In this document: positions 48,088 to 58,663 of the stretch, one piece after another
Numbering within the stretch: the stretch's first letter is position 1
Layout of the letters: every line of letters begins with the position of its first letter
Source of the DNA: a virus
Lineage: Duplodnaviria; Caudoviricetes
Reading direction: 5' to 3' (one strand)
Length of the DNA stretch: 64,000 nucleotides
IMG/VR virus record: IMGVR_UViG_3300033562_000573
Coordinates: 5,287-69,286 of that record
Made by a program: the position numbers and the translations under genes
The notes under the pieces: model-generated
The model's database searches: none
The model's input: only the letters and a program-made list of their open reading frames with translations
Told to the model about the DNA's origin: nothing

Positions 48088-48330
48088 ATGGTATCAATTA
48101 CTCACTGCGCTTATTCTGAAACTATCCGTCAAATGCCACAAAATTATTGCCTAGCTGTTCATCGCAATAATGAATGGCTTATGTCACCCGATTTGGCAGC
48201 CGATAAGGGCATTGTAGTTGCCTTGACACTTTCCCTCATGGTACATGAAAATAAGTGGTCTAAAAGCCCTGCAAAGGCAATTTGCGGAATGGCTCCCTAT
48301 ATGGATATAGTCATTCCCGAAATTAAATAG
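48088..48330 (+). CDS. Early-module hypothetical protein
   Basis: Element + AAAGGAG RBS + terminator. Confidence 0.7.
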   Translation: MVSITHCAYSETIRQMPQNYCLAVHRNNEWLMSPDLAADKGIVVALTLSLMVHENKWSKSPAKAICGMAPYMDIVIPEIK

Positions 48331-48489
48331 TTCCGTTCTCTCGTTGGGGAAGGTGGGTAGAAATACTCGCCTTCTTTTTGCTTTAGTGCTTATTATATGT
48401 ATGATGGGCATTTATAGAATAGGGGTCTGTGACTTTTTACTTTGGTGCTTATAGTATAACAGAGAGAAACAACAACTTTGGAGCCTACT

Positions 48490-48804
48490 ATGCTTACACA
48501 TACCCAATACATGAAAAAAGAATGCACTCACCAAGAATACTATGAACAATTTATCACCTCTAGTATTCGTTGGTTTGTTGAGTCAAATTACACAAGGGAA
48601 TTTTTGCAACAATGTTTTGCAACCGATAAACACCTAAATAATTTGGGTGGAAATTGGATGAAAACCTTTGACGCTTTCGCCCTTCAAATTAAGGGCGAAA
48701 TAGCAAGAGTAAACAAGCGTTTAAATGGTTCGTCTGTTTATAGCTTGTGTGATGGTACTTGTGCTATAAAGGCTTATATGCGCCTTTATGCTGATCTTAA
48801 ATAG
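48490..48804 (+). CDS. Early-module hypothetical protein
   Basis: Element + GGAG RBS + terminator. Confidence 0.7.
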   Translation: MLTHTQYMKKECTHQEYYEQFITSSIRWFVESNYTREFLQQCFATDKHLNNLGGNWMKTFDAFALQIKGEIARVNKRLNGSSVYSLCDGTCAIKAYMRLYADLK

Positions 48805-48894
48805 TTCCGTTCTCTAGTTGGGGAAGGTGGGTAGAAATACCCACTTTCTTTTTACTTTGGTGCTTATAGTATAGTATCAACAAAGGAGATCAAA

Positions 48895-49083
48895 ATGGCT
48901 TATGTACGCAAGACTACTGACACTTGGGAAATTCAAGGTTTCTATCATGGTTCATGGGAACTTGAAACAACTGAAACAAGTCGTAAGGACGCAAAGCAAG
49001 CATTAAGGGATTATCGTAAGAATATGCCAAATATCACTCACAGAAGCGTATATAAAAGGGAAAAAATAGAAAAGGGTGCATAA
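48895..49083 (+). CDS. Early-module hypothetical protein
   Basis: Element + AAAGGAG RBS. Confidence 0.7.
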   Translation: MAYVRKTTDTWEIQGFYHGSWELETTETSRKDAKQALRDYRKNMPNITHRSVYKREKIEKGA

Positions 49084-49240
49084 CCCTTTTTTTACTTTGG
49101 TGCTTATATATGTATGATGAGGTGATAAAAAATAGGTTGGGTTGTGCTTTATTAGCTTTTTGCTTTGGTGCTTATGGTTTTTTAGGTAGACTTCTTTTAC
49201 TTTGGTGCTTATAGTATAGTATCAAAAAGGGGGGTACTAT

Positions 49241-49360
49241 ATGGAACAAGAGGAAGAATTTTATACAGAAGAATCTACCGATTATGGTAGTATTGGATTG
49301 AGTTTATTTGGTGCTTTTATTATGGGTGCATTTTGTTTAGGTGGTATGTTGTTTAGATAG
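49241..49360 (+). CDS. 39-aa acidic/hydrophobic peptide
   Basis: Element + G-rich RBS. Confidence 0.55.
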   Translation: MEQEEEFYTEESTDYGSIGLSLFGAFIMGAFCLGGMLFR

Positions 49361-49422
49361 TTTTTACTTTGGTGCTTATAAGTAATCAAGAGAGAGAAAC
49401 AAATCAACTAGGTAGGTATCAA

Positions 49423-49698
49423 ATGGCTATTAAACTCATTCAATTATCATGTAAGTTTGGTGCTCCTATGGGTCGTGCTAACGATCATATTTCTGGAAAG
49501 TGCAAGCTCCAAAAATGCCCAATGGTAGATGGTGGTGCTTATGATAATGGTGGTGCTTATTGGGGAATAGGTACTACTCTTTGGGTATGTCAAGATTTAG
49601 ATGGTGGATTCTTTTTTGTTCGTGCCAAAAATCGCAATGAAGCAAAAAAACTCATTCAAGAGGATATGCTTGCCGATGATGTAACTTTCTACCGATAA
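49423..49698 (+). CDS. Early-module hypothetical protein (GAPMGR...YDNGGAYWG)
   Basis: Element + RBS; motif recalls a widespread phage family. Confidence 0.7.
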   Translation: MAIKLIQLSCKFGAPMGRANDHISGKCKLQKCPMVDGGAYDNGGAYWGIGTTLWVCQDLDGGFFFVRAKNRNEAKKLIQEDMLADDVTFYR

Positions 49699-49771
49699 AA
49701 AAGGGGAACATTCCCCTTTTTACTTTGGTGCTTATAGTATAGCAGAGAGAAACAACAACTTTGGAGTTAAT

Positions 49772-50041
49772 ATGAGTCACGAAAGTCTTTCCCCTAGCCT
49801 TCTCAAGAATCTTTCCTTAATCAAAAAGGAACTAAAAGGAATAGGAGCAACTGAAATAAAGGTATCCAAGGGGTATCAATATGTATATTGTTTCTATACC
49901 ATTGGTACGCAAGTTTGGTACTTTAACCTTAATAATGACGGAATGTTTTATTTCCGAAAAGCAAAGGATTACAAGGATTATACAGGGGAATCTAACCGAT
50001 TCACAAAAATTCAAAAGGGAATGGGTGAATATATGAAATAA
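49772..50041 (+). CDS. Early-module hypothetical protein
   Basis: Element + GGAG RBS + terminator. Confidence 0.7.
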   Translation: MSHESLSPSLLKNLSLIKKELKGIGATEIKVSKGYQYVYCFYTIGTQVWYFNLNNDGMFYFRKAKDYKDYTGESNRFTKIQKGMGEYMK

Positions 50042-50506
50042 AGATAGGGGAGAAATCCCCTATTTTTTACTTTGACGCTTATATGAGTATGATGTGCTTT
50101 TTATAGCTAGGAAATTACCTTCTTATCACTTTGATAATAAACCCGTTTTAAGGTACTTTCTAGGCACTTTCTAACTAGGTTATATGTTTGCCTACCCTAT
50201 TGCAAAGAATAGGCTAGAATGCCCTTAAATGGGAAAATTAGCCTATATAGTGCTATATATTGGCAATGGGATAATATAAAAAGGCATTGACAAAAGGCTA
50301 AAAAATAGCTATATTACTTTTACTTTGGTGCTTATATTAGTATGATGACCAGAGTTGAAACGGCTTTAGTAAATTGAGTCTATGTATTTTTACTTTGGTG
50401 CTTATAGTATAGTAGAGAAAAGCAACAAGGTTAAAAAAGAAACGACAAACTTTTTACTTTGGTGCTTATAAGTAATCAAGAGAAACAAACAACAACGGGG
50501 ACAAAA

Positions 50507-51076
50507 ATGAACACAATTACTCACACTGAATTGGCAATCCGCATGGCTTCTGTAAAGTCTTCCTTCATTGGAATCAAGGCTTTGACAAAGCAAAACAAGC
50601 TAAACAAAGGTCGTGGCACAAGTGCAATGACTACAAAGCTAGGCATTGACCCTGAAAACATTAAGAAGTGCTTTGAAGGGGTTGTGTACTGCGGTTCCGA
50701 TTATGAAACCCTCGTGAACAATCGCTTGGCAAAGGAAAACGCTGGTTCCCAGATCAAGGTTACTTTTGAAGCTGGTGAAATGTCTGGTGTTGAATGGATC
50801 AAGGGTGCAGAAGGCAAGGTGCTTCGCAATGGCAAGGGTGAACTTCAGCTTCGCACCTATGCCGATATTTCCAACAACAAGCCAAAGGTTAGCTACCTTT
50901 TGGAAGGTGCCGAAATTGACCTCAAGGCAAGCAAGTTTGACGAATATCGCAAGCCTGCTCCCAAGGATGCCGAAAATCAAGGATTGGAAAAGACAATCAA
51001 GCCTCGTAACTATGGATTCAATTCCTTGCTTGAAATCACTTTGGACGGTGAAACATTCAAGGTCATTAACGACTAA
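50507..51076 (+). CDS. Early-module hypothetical protein
   Basis: Tandem elements + RBS + terminator. Confidence 0.75.
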   Translation: MNTITHTELAIRMASVKSSFIGIKALTKQNKLNKGRGTSAMTTKLGIDPENIKKCFEGVVYCGSDYETLVNNRLAKENAGSQIKVTFEAGEMSGVEWIKGAEGKVLRNGKGELQLRTYADISNNKPKVSYLLEGAEIDLKASKFDEYRKPAPKDAENQGLEKTIKPRNYGFNSLLEITLDGETFKVIND

Positions 51077-51260
51077 AGAAAAGGGCGAAAGCCCTTTTTT
51101 ATTTTTATTTTTTTTTTATTTTTGATTTGCGAATTGCGAATTTTATTTTTTGGTTTTTGACATCATACTTATATAAGCACTAAAGTAAAAAGAATTGTGC
51201 TTAATATATTTTTTATTTTTTACTTTGGTGCTTATAGTATAGTAACAGAGGAGAATAAAT

Positions 51261-51464
51261 ATGTTAGTAGTCAATCAAAAATTTTATGATTTTTCTGGTA
51301 ATGAAATTTTTATTACTTCTATTGATAATTTATTTTTTATTTTCTCCAATGGGGAAAAGTGGTTGAAATTTGAAATTGAATTGAAAATGAAGAATGAGAG
51401 AACTACAAAAGCGGTATCTATTTCTAATCGTATTGAGTTAGAAAGAAGGCTGAATAAATTTTAA
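51261..51464 (+). CDS. Early-module hypothetical protein
   Basis: Element + GAGGAG RBS. Confidence 0.6.
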   Translation: MLVVNQKFYDFSGNEIFITSIDNLFFIFSNGEKWLKFEIELKMKNERTTKAVSISNRIELERRLNKF

Positions 51465-51509
51465 TTTTTTACTTTGGTGCTTATAGTATAGTATCAAAAG
51501 GAGACTATC

Positions 51510-51830
51510 ATGCAAGTAACATTCGCAATATCCATTCAAGAAGCCACTGCAATTCTTTCCGAGCATTTTTCGGTTCGTCATGGTATGATGCGTACTGAAA
51601 TTAATGTTGTGATTGGTGAGGTGGATCATGTACAGAACATTCAAGAGGCTACTATCAAGATGCGTAGTGACTTGATTAATCGCATTGAAAGCCTGTTACC
51701 AAGCACAAAAATTTCGGCTATCAAGGAATTTCGTCAAATGAATCAAAATGCTGATTTGAAACAATCAAAGATTTTTATAGAAAGTCCTCATATGTGGGAA
51801 CAGTATATCAAAACAGGTGAGTATATGTAA
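51510..51830 (+). CDS. Early-module hypothetical protein
   Basis: Element + AGGAG RBS. Confidence 0.7.
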   Translation: MQVTFAISIQEATAILSEHFSVRHGMMRTEINVVIGEVDHVQNIQEATIKMRSDLINRIESLLPSTKISAIKEFRQMNQNADLKQSKIFIESPHMWEQYIKTGEYM

Positions 51831-52319
51831 GATTTTTACTTCTCCCCTAATAGTATAATATAAAGAGATTTGAACAACTATGTGGATTCCTTCTGCCTTA
51901 TAATGTTTTGGTTAACGCATTAAAATTGTCCTCCTAGTTTGAATCCTTGGCAAGTCCTTTTTTGTTGGATACTACCAAGATTCTAAATAGTGGTAATACT
52001 TTGGTGCATAGTTGTTTATTTGTTTTGTACATTCCAAAGGAAAGGACAAATAACCGATCAAAAAAGAACTCTAGAAATAGGGTTCCTTCTTTTTACTTTG
52101 GTGCTTATATAAGTATGATGCTTATTACTAATTTGGTTAGTATATTAGTGCTAAATTATGTATGGGGAAATCATAACATAATTAGCAAGGTTTTTACTTT
52201 GGTGCTTATAGTATAGTATCAAAAGAAAGCAACAAAGAAAAACTAACTAACTAACTTTTTACTTTGATGCTTATAGTATAATATCAAAAGAAACAACAAC
52301 CAAACAATGGAGATACAAC

Positions 52320-52697
52320 ATGAAAAAGTCAATCACAACCATCGCAAACACTCTCACTTCCAACACTGCCTATGTTCGTGCATATGGTGAGAATGGTAAG
52401 ACCATCACTAGCAAGCGTGGTCAAGCCATCCTTGAAATGCTTTCTTTCGTCAAGAATGATTCGCTTCTCAAGGCTCACAAGCGTTACAAGCGCAAGAACA
52501 AGGGTGCTGTGTCCTACATTCGTTTCAGCGTGTTCGTGAATGCTTTCCGTGACATTGTTCACACTTCGCACGGTAAGAAGTTGATTATGTTGCTTGACAC
52601 CATGCCTTCAATTACCTATCAATCTGTTATCAAGAATGCAAGTGATTACAAAACTTTCCTTGATAGTGCAGGTGAGGTGATGAGTCGGGTAACTTAA
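52320..52697 (+). CDS. Basic early-module protein
   Basis: Element + GGAG RBS + terminator. Confidence 0.7.
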   Translation: MKKSITTIANTLTSNTAYVRAYGENGKTITSKRGQAILEMLSFVKNDSLLKAHKRYKRKNKGAVSYIRFSVFVNAFRDIVHTSHGKKLIMLLDTMPSITYQSVIKNASDYKTFLDSAGEVMSRVT

Positions 52698-52799
52698 TTC
52701 TCTCTCTCCCTAGTTGGGAAGGAATCCTAGAAATAGGGTTCCTTCTTTTTACTTTGGTGCTTATAGTATAACAGGAAACAACAAACAACGGAGAACAAA

Positions 52800-53195
52800 A
52801 TGGAAATTGTCATCATCGGAATCCTCGCCCTTGCACTTCTCGCTGGACTCGCACTTTTCGTATTCAAAAATGCAGCCAAGATCGTTGCTCTTGTGCTTGT
52901 GCTTGTGGTGTTCATTGGTTACATTGGGTGGCATATTTATCTAAAGGATAAAGGAATCAGCCCAAAGCAAGGAATTGAATCGGTAAACAAGAAAGGAGAA
53001 AAGATTTTTAATGGTGTGATGGATTCAATGATTGGAAGCGTGTCTAGTGCATCTACAAAGGCACTTGATACAGCCAAAGAAAAGGCATTAGAAGCCACTG
53101 ACAAGGCAAAGGAAACAACCAAGAATAAAGCAACTGAAATCACCACTAAAGCCAAGAAAAAGGCAAAGGATAAGGTTAATGAAGTATTAGAATAA
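52800..53195 (+). CDS. Membrane protein with Lys/Ala/Thr-rich tail
   Basis: Two TM segments; element + GGAG RBS. Confidence 0.7.
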   Translation: MEIVIIGILALALLAGLALFVFKNAAKIVALVLVLVVFIGYIGWHIYLKDKGISPKQGIESVNKKGEKIFNGVMDSMIGSVSSASTKALDTAKEKALEATDKAKETTKNKATEITTKAKKKAKDKVNEVLE

Positions 53196-53284
53196 TTCTC
53201 TCATTCTCTCTAGTTGGAATCCCCTAGCAATAGGGGATTTTTTACTTTGGTGCTTATAGTATAGTATCAACAAAGGAGATTAAT

Positions 53285-53494
53285 ATGAATCAATTACTAG
53301 AAAAGTTCTTCAAAACTGAAATCGAACAGGCTAAACATGAGCTTCGCTTAAACTCTATAAAAATCACTTCTATGGCTGATACACAAAGAGGACTTAAAAA
53401 GCGTATTAAGTACCTTAATATGGCTAGAAAAGAAGCTGAAAAGGATGCTACCATTAACGAATTGGTAAAAAGGAAACCTAAATCAACTAAGTAA
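53285..53494 (+). CDS. Coiled-coil early-module protein
   Basis: Element + AAAGGAG RBS. Confidence 0.65.
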   Translation: MNQLLEKFFKTEIEQAKHELRLNSIKITSMADTQRGLKKRIKYLNMARKEAEKDATINELVKRKPKSTK

Positions 53495-53534
53495 TTTTAC
53501 TTTGATGCTTATAGTATAGTATCAAAGGAGATTT

Positions 53535-53696
53535 ATGGAAAACTTCATAGCATTTACATTCTTGTGGGTAGTGGCACTTGCAATAGTGTTATCAATACTC
53601 AATACTATATGGAAAAATATAGGATGTATTTTTATTGGTGCTGTGGTTTGTCTTATATCTGCTATTATGTTTCTTTCACTTGGATTACATTTCTAA
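53535..53696 (+). CDS. 53-aa membrane peptide
   Basis: Element + AAAGGAG RBS; hydrophobic. Confidence 0.6.
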   Translation: MENFIAFTFLWVVALAIVLSILNTIWKNIGCIFIGAVVCLISAIMFLSLGLHF

Positions 53697-53752
53697 CTTT
53701 TTACTTTGATGCTTATAGTATAGTATCAAAAGAAACAACAACGGAGAATATT

Positions 53753-54139
53753 ATGAGCGCATATATGGTAAGTGACAAACAAATTTCAGCGGTTCTTCAC
53801 ACTGCTATTGAAATGGGATTCCTTCCAAAAAAAGATGCCAAGCAAATTGGGCAAATTATTGTGGATGCCAATGTAAAATCTTTGGTTGCTCTGTATGGTG
53901 ATAATTCACAACAGCATAAATTTTGTTTGAGGCGTGTTCCAAAAATCTCAAAAAAGCAAGCTCATAAATATGCTCATTGCATAGAATATCAATGTTGTGA
54001 ATATAACACTTGGAAGAAAAGCAAGGCATATAAATTTCTCATGTTGCTTTGCGCCAAAATTGAAGAAAATTACGGCTTGACTTATAATGAAGTGAGTACA
54101 AAACTTTGGGAAGGTCTTAACTGGGGTTACAGAGCCTAG
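53753..54139 (+). CDS. Early-module hypothetical protein
   Basis: Element + GGAG RBS; MSAYMV...YQCCEY..W. Confidence 0.7.
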   Translation: MSAYMVSDKQISAVLHTAIEMGFLPKKDAKQIGQIIVDANVKSLVALYGDNSQQHKFCLRRVPKISKKQAHKYAHCIEYQCCEYNTWKKSKAYKFLMLLCAKIEENYGLTYNEVSTKLWEGLNWGYRA

Positions 54140-54215
54140 AAATAGGCTTTTTACTTTGGTGCTTATAGTATAGTAGAGAGAAACAACAACAACAACAACA
54201 ACAACGGAGAATCAA

Positions 54216-54587
54216 ATGAACATGGAACAAATTTTTACAGAAGCTCGTTTGGCTGGAATCACCGCTGGTAACAATGCCAAGCCTATTCCAATGACTGTTA
54301 TGGCTTGCCATCCTATCACCAATGAGCCTATTGCTGTGGTTGATGTGGTATCGGAAGGCGTTTGTGGATTCGCATGGATCAGCATGAAGGCAAACACTCC
54401 CGAAAATCGCAAGTTTATTTCTTGGGGAAAAAAGAATCAGGTACTTTCCAAATGTTCAGAAGGTTTTTGGATTTGGGTACATGAGTACAATCAGTCAATG
54501 GCTCGCAAGGAAGCCTATGCCTATGCCTTTGCAAATGTTTTGCAGAATCATGGTATCAAGTGCTATGCAAGCTCAAAAATGGACTAA
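54216..54587 (+). CDS. Early-module protein (GVCGFAW...NQSMARKEAYA family)
   Basis: Element + GGAG RBS; motif recalls a widespread phage family. Confidence 0.75.
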   Translation: MNMEQIFTEARLAGITAGNNAKPIPMTVMACHPITNEPIAVVDVVSEGVCGFAWISMKANTPENRKFISWGKKNQVLSKCSEGFWIWVHEYNQSMARKEAYAYAFANVLQNHGIKCYASSKMD

Positions 54588-54829
54588 AACGCAAGGAATG
54601 AGGCAAGGGAAACCCCTTGCCTTTATTCATTTATACCTAAATTAAATATGGGTATAAGTTAATAATAAATTTTATTTTTATCTTTTACATCATACTTATA
54701 TAAGCGACAAAGTAAAATAATGTTTGAATTCCTAGACATTACACTACATTTTGTTTGTATTATTGAACATTATTTTTTATTTTTATTTTTTACTTTGGTG
54801 CTTATAGTATAGTAACAAAGGAGAACACA

Positions 54830-55075
54830 ATGTTTACACAAGAAGAAAGACAAGCAATCTATGATTTTCTAAAGGAAATTCACGGCTATTCCCCTGCCTA
54901 TATTCGGGTTCGTGTCATGGAGTTTGTTCGTGCTATGGGTGTTCTTCGTAATACCAATAGTGAAAACATAATTGAATTTTCCAAGTGGTTGAATAACAAA
55001 TTTTGTCGCTATGAATGTAATCCCGATCATGGTGATTGGGAAGCATTGGAAGAATCAATTTTCAATGTCAAGTAA
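54830..55075 (+). CDS. Early-module hypothetical protein
   Basis: Element + AAAGGAG RBS. Confidence 0.7.
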   Translation: MFTQEERQAIYDFLKEIHGYSPAYIRVRVMEFVRAMGVLRNTNSENIIEFSKWLNNKFCRYECNPDHGDWEALEESIFNVK

Positions 55076-55131
55076 TTTTACTTTGATGCTTATAGTATAG
55101 TATCAAAAGAAACCAAACAACGGAGTCAAAA

Positions 55132-55578
55132 ATGTTCTATTGGATCTACACAAAGAAGAATGAAGTCAAGCCTATCATTTCTCGCAATTTCGCAACATCG
55201 GCTGAAGCTGTAAAGTTTGCAACTCGCAATGCCAATGATTGGACTCATGGGGATATGTTGCAAAAAGGTGAACGCTATGGTGAGTACCTTAATGGAAAGA
55301 TTCGGATTGGTTCCAAGATTGAAAGTTCTGTGAAGCCAAAAATCAAGGCTCCAAAGAAACGAATTGCAAAGAATTGTGATGTGATTGTGAGCACTAAATT
55401 TGATTTGCAAAAGGTGCTGTATTCCTTGGATTCTACTTGTGCAAAGTGGAAAGGAACCAATGCAAAGCCTAGTTCAACTATGCCCGATTTGTTCCCTATG
55501 GTTATCCATGTTCATAGTAATCGTATTTCATGGGAACCCTGTATCAATGCCGTTGATATTAACAAAAAGATCAAGTAA
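55132..55578 (+). CDS. Early-module hypothetical protein
   Basis: Element + GGAG RBS + terminator. Confidence 0.7.
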   Translation: MFYWIYTKKNEVKPIISRNFATSAEAVKFATRNANDWTHGDMLQKGERYGEYLNGKIRIGSKIESSVKPKIKAPKKRIAKNCDVIVSTKFDLQKVLYSLDSTCAKWKGTNAKPSSTMPDLFPMVIHVHSNRISWEPCINAVDINKKIK

Positions 55579-55737
55579 CTTTTTCTCTCCCTAGTTGGGA
55601 ACTCACTTGGAAACAGGTGAGTTCTTTTTTACTTTGGTGCTTATATTAGTATGATGCTATCATTTGATACTATCATTAACTTTTTACTTTGGTGCTTATA
55701 GTATAGTAGAGAGAAACAACAACAACGGAGAATTATC

Positions 55738-56232
55738 ATGGAACCTGTACTACTTTCCAAATATCGCCCAAATAAGTCCCAAGTTGCTCGTACTTGGGGT
55801 GAAGTGAATAATATCAACAAATCCACTGATCGTCGTGCCTCTTGGTATGATTGTTCTGGTCATGGTGGATATGTAGCAAATCCTTCCGATTTTACCAAAG
55901 AAGAATTGGAAAAGTTGGGTGATTTTGCAAAGGGTAATTATGATGTTCGTGTTGCCGTTGCAAAAGAGCGTTCTACTGGTGAACTCTATGTAATTGGCGC
56001 AAACTATGAACATTCCAAAAGGCGTTCTTTCAAGTATGATTCTTGGCGGTTTGAATCCGTTGAATGGAAAACAATTTCAATGATGATTTTTGAGGAAGAT
56101 TGTAATTGGGCAATTCTTACCTACAAACTTGGAATTGACTTACTTGAATGGGAAAAGCGTGGATTCACCAAAGAACAACGCATGGAAACTGTAAGACAAT
56201 CCATAGAACAATGGAATCCTAGCTATCTATAA
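55738..56232 (+). CDS. Early-module protein with GHGGY...FEEDC motif (DUF7007-like)
   Basis: Element + GGAG RBS. Confidence 0.65.
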   Translation: MEPVLLSKYRPNKSQVARTWGEVNNINKSTDRRASWYDCSGHGGYVANPSDFTKEELEKLGDFAKGNYDVRVAVAKERSTGELYVIGANYEHSKRRSFKYDSWRFESVEWKTISMMIFEEDCNWAILTYKLGIDLLEWEKRGFTKEQRMETVRQSIEQWNPSYL

Positions 56233-56407
56233 AAAGAATCCCCTTAATTGGGGATTTTTTATTTTAATTTTTATTTTTTATTATTTGTCATCATACTTAT
56301 ATAAGCATCAAAGTAAAATTTTTTGTTTTTACCTGGTTAATAATATTTTTTACTTTTGTGCTTATAGTATAGTATCAAAAGAAACCACTCACGAAACGGA
56401 GAATACA

Positions 56408-56677
56408 ATGAATCAAGCCTTTACAACCGATATGCAGAATCTTTGCTTTGATCTTGAGGGAACCACTTTCAATCGGACAAATCGTAGCAAGGGTTATGAT
56501 AACGATTGTTCTGATGATGAGCGTGATGATGCGTTCTATGAAGATCGTACTGCTATCTTTTATAGTTGGGCGAATCCTATCATTGCCAAGGTGAAAGAAC
56601 TTGCCAAGAAACATTCTGTGAAAATTTCCATTGATACAAGTGCTGAATATGGCATGATTGATGTGGAAGTTAAGTAA
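56408..56677 (+). CDS. Acidic early-module protein
   Basis: Element + GGAG RBS + terminator. Confidence 0.7.
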   Translation: MNQAFTTDMQNLCFDLEGTTFNRTNRSKGYDNDCSDDERDDAFYEDRTAIFYSWANPIIAKVKELAKKHSVKISIDTSAEYGMIDVEVK

Positions 56678-56907
56678 ATTTCGTTCTCCCTAGTTGGGAA
56701 AGGTGGGTGGAAACACTCACCTTTCTTTTTACTTTGATGCTTATATATGTATGATATAATAATACAATCGTATATCTATTATATACATTTTTACTTTGAT
56801 GCTTATAGTATAGTAGAGAAAAGCAACAAGGTTAAAAAAGAAACGACAAACTTTTTACTTTGGTGCTTATAAGTAATCAAGAGAAACAAACAACAACGGA
56901 GACAAAA

Positions 56908-57534
56908 ATGGCAAACTTCAAATACTCAATTGGTAACTTAAAAATCGGCAATGATACCTTGATTTTCAATATGGGATCGGCTACAAATTGCCCTAGCGCA
57001 AAATTGGGATTGTGTAAGATTCTAAAGTGCTATGCAAAAAAGGCTGAATACCTTTACCCAAATGTCCTCCCCTATCGCAATGAGCAAGAGGCTTTTTGGC
57101 TTGCTAATGATGCCTTCACTATTGCTGAAAATATCCAAGGTGCATTCATGCGCCACAAGGGATTGAAGTATGTTCGTGTGAATGAAGCTGGTGACTTCCA
57201 TTCTCGTGAATGCCTTAACAAGCTGATTGCAATTGCAAAAATGCTTCCTCAAATCAAGTTATATACCTACACTCATCGCAAGGATCTCATTGATTCTCGC
57301 ACTTGGGTAAAGTTGCCAAAGAATCTTGTAATCAATACAAGTAACTTCACTCGCAAGAATCTCAATTCTTTCAATGGTGTTGGTACTGTTAAGGTTCATC
57401 GTTTGGCTGATTTTGTAAAGGTCAAGGCTCATATCATTCGTGCAGGTTATGACTATGCTTGCTTGGGTGACTGCTCTGCTTGCTCACTTTGCAAGGTGCG
57501 TCATGGTAAGAAGATTGGTGTTCCGATGCACTAA
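56908..57534 (+). CDS. GP88-like Cys-rich phage protein
   Basis: GN.K, CP....C...CYA, VRVNEAGDF, YTYT, C.GDC..C..C. Confidence 0.7.
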   Translation: MANFKYSIGNLKIGNDTLIFNMGSATNCPSAKLGLCKILKCYAKKAEYLYPNVLPYRNEQEAFWLANDAFTIAENIQGAFMRHKGLKYVRVNEAGDFHSRECLNKLIAIAKMLPQIKLYTYTHRKDLIDSRTWVKLPKNLVINTSNFTRKNLNSFNGVGTVKVHRLADFVKVKAHIIRAGYDYACLGDCSACSLCKVRHGKKIGVPMH

Positions 57535-57605
57535 TCTTTTAGGGAATGAGAAATAATTTTTTATTTTTCATTCCCTTAATTTTATTTTTTAATTTTTGAG
57601 GCACT

Positions 57606-57875
57606 ATGAAAAAGAAAAAGAAAAATTCTGCTATGCAATTGGTTGAAATGTTGAATCCATATTTCAAAAATAAGGATATAAAATTTTTAAAATTTCATTT
57701 TTCAGCCTATCAAAGAAATTTTATTATTCCTTTGTTAGTTCAGCCTATTAAATCGGCTTTGGTTCATGGTAAAACAAAAATAGCCAAACAAAGATTTGAT
57801 AAATTATTTTTTGAATTAGGCTTGAAATATGATTATGATGCTCTTATGCTTGCTCAATATGTAAAGAATCCTTAA
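57606..57875 (+). CDS. Basic hypothetical protein
   Basis: GAGG RBS; no element directly upstream. Confidence 0.5.
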   Translation: MKKKKKNSAMQLVEMLNPYFKNKDIKFLKFHFSAYQRNFIIPLLVQPIKSALVHGKTKIAKQRFDKLFFELGLKYDYDALMLAQYVKNP

Positions 57876-58015
57876 AGGATTCTTTTTTATTTTTTTAATT
57901 TTTTGTTATTTCCCATCATACTTATATAAGCATCAAAGTAAAAATCACTAGCCGATAAAATTATTTTTATTTTTACTTTGATGCTTATAGTATAGTAACA
58001 ACAAAGGAGTTACTT

Positions 58016-58324
58016 ATGAACGCAATTTTACCAGCTACCCTTGACCTAGTTAATTTTCGTCCTATTGGGAAATTTTCTTTTTCTTTCTCCAAGAAAACTC
58101 ATGAACGCAAAACTGGTGCTATCATACTCTTTACAGGTGAATGTAATACTACTCACCTTCCCTTTACCATTGATGATAAGGGTATGGCATACTTGATCGC
58201 AATGATGAAGCGTGAAAAAACTGATGTATTCTTTGATGGAATGCACTGCTATACTACTGGAAATAATAGCTTGGTTATGATTAAACATCCCCTCATTTCG
58301 GAATGGATCAAGGAAAATCTTTAA
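58016..58324 (+). CDS. Early-module hypothetical protein
   Basis: Element + AAAGGAG RBS. Confidence 0.7.
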   Translation: MNAILPATLDLVNFRPIGKFSFSFSKKTHERKTGAIILFTGECNTTHLPFTIDDKGMAYLIAMMKREKTDVFFDGMHCYTTGNNSLVMIKHPLISEWIKENL

Positions 58325-58371
58325 TTTTTACTTTGATGCTTATAGTATAGTATCAAACAAAGGAGTTCATT

Positions 58372-58617
58372 ATGAAGATTATCACTCACGAAGATCATGC
58401 AACACTCAAGAAGCTCATTGACAAGACCTTTGACAATAGCGCAATTGCTTGTCACAATGAAGCTCGTAAGGGAAGAGTTTGCATTGATGATCCCAAACTT
58501 TGGAAGGGTGCGCATTCCCCCAAGGCAATTGCTGTGATTATCTGTGATGGGGTATCCTTTGCAATCATGCCCAATACTGAATTTCTATTGGCTTATGAAA
58601 AGGAAAATAAGGGGTAA
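58372..58617 (+). CDS. Early-module hypothetical protein
   Basis: Element + AAAGGAG RBS. Confidence 0.7.
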   Translation: MKIITHEDHATLKKLIDKTFDNSAIACHNEARKGRVCIDDPKLWKGAHSPKAIAVIICDGVSFAIMPNTEFLLAYEKENKG

Positions 58618-58663
58618 TTTTACTTTGGTGCTTATAGTATAGTATCAAACAAAGGAGAACATC

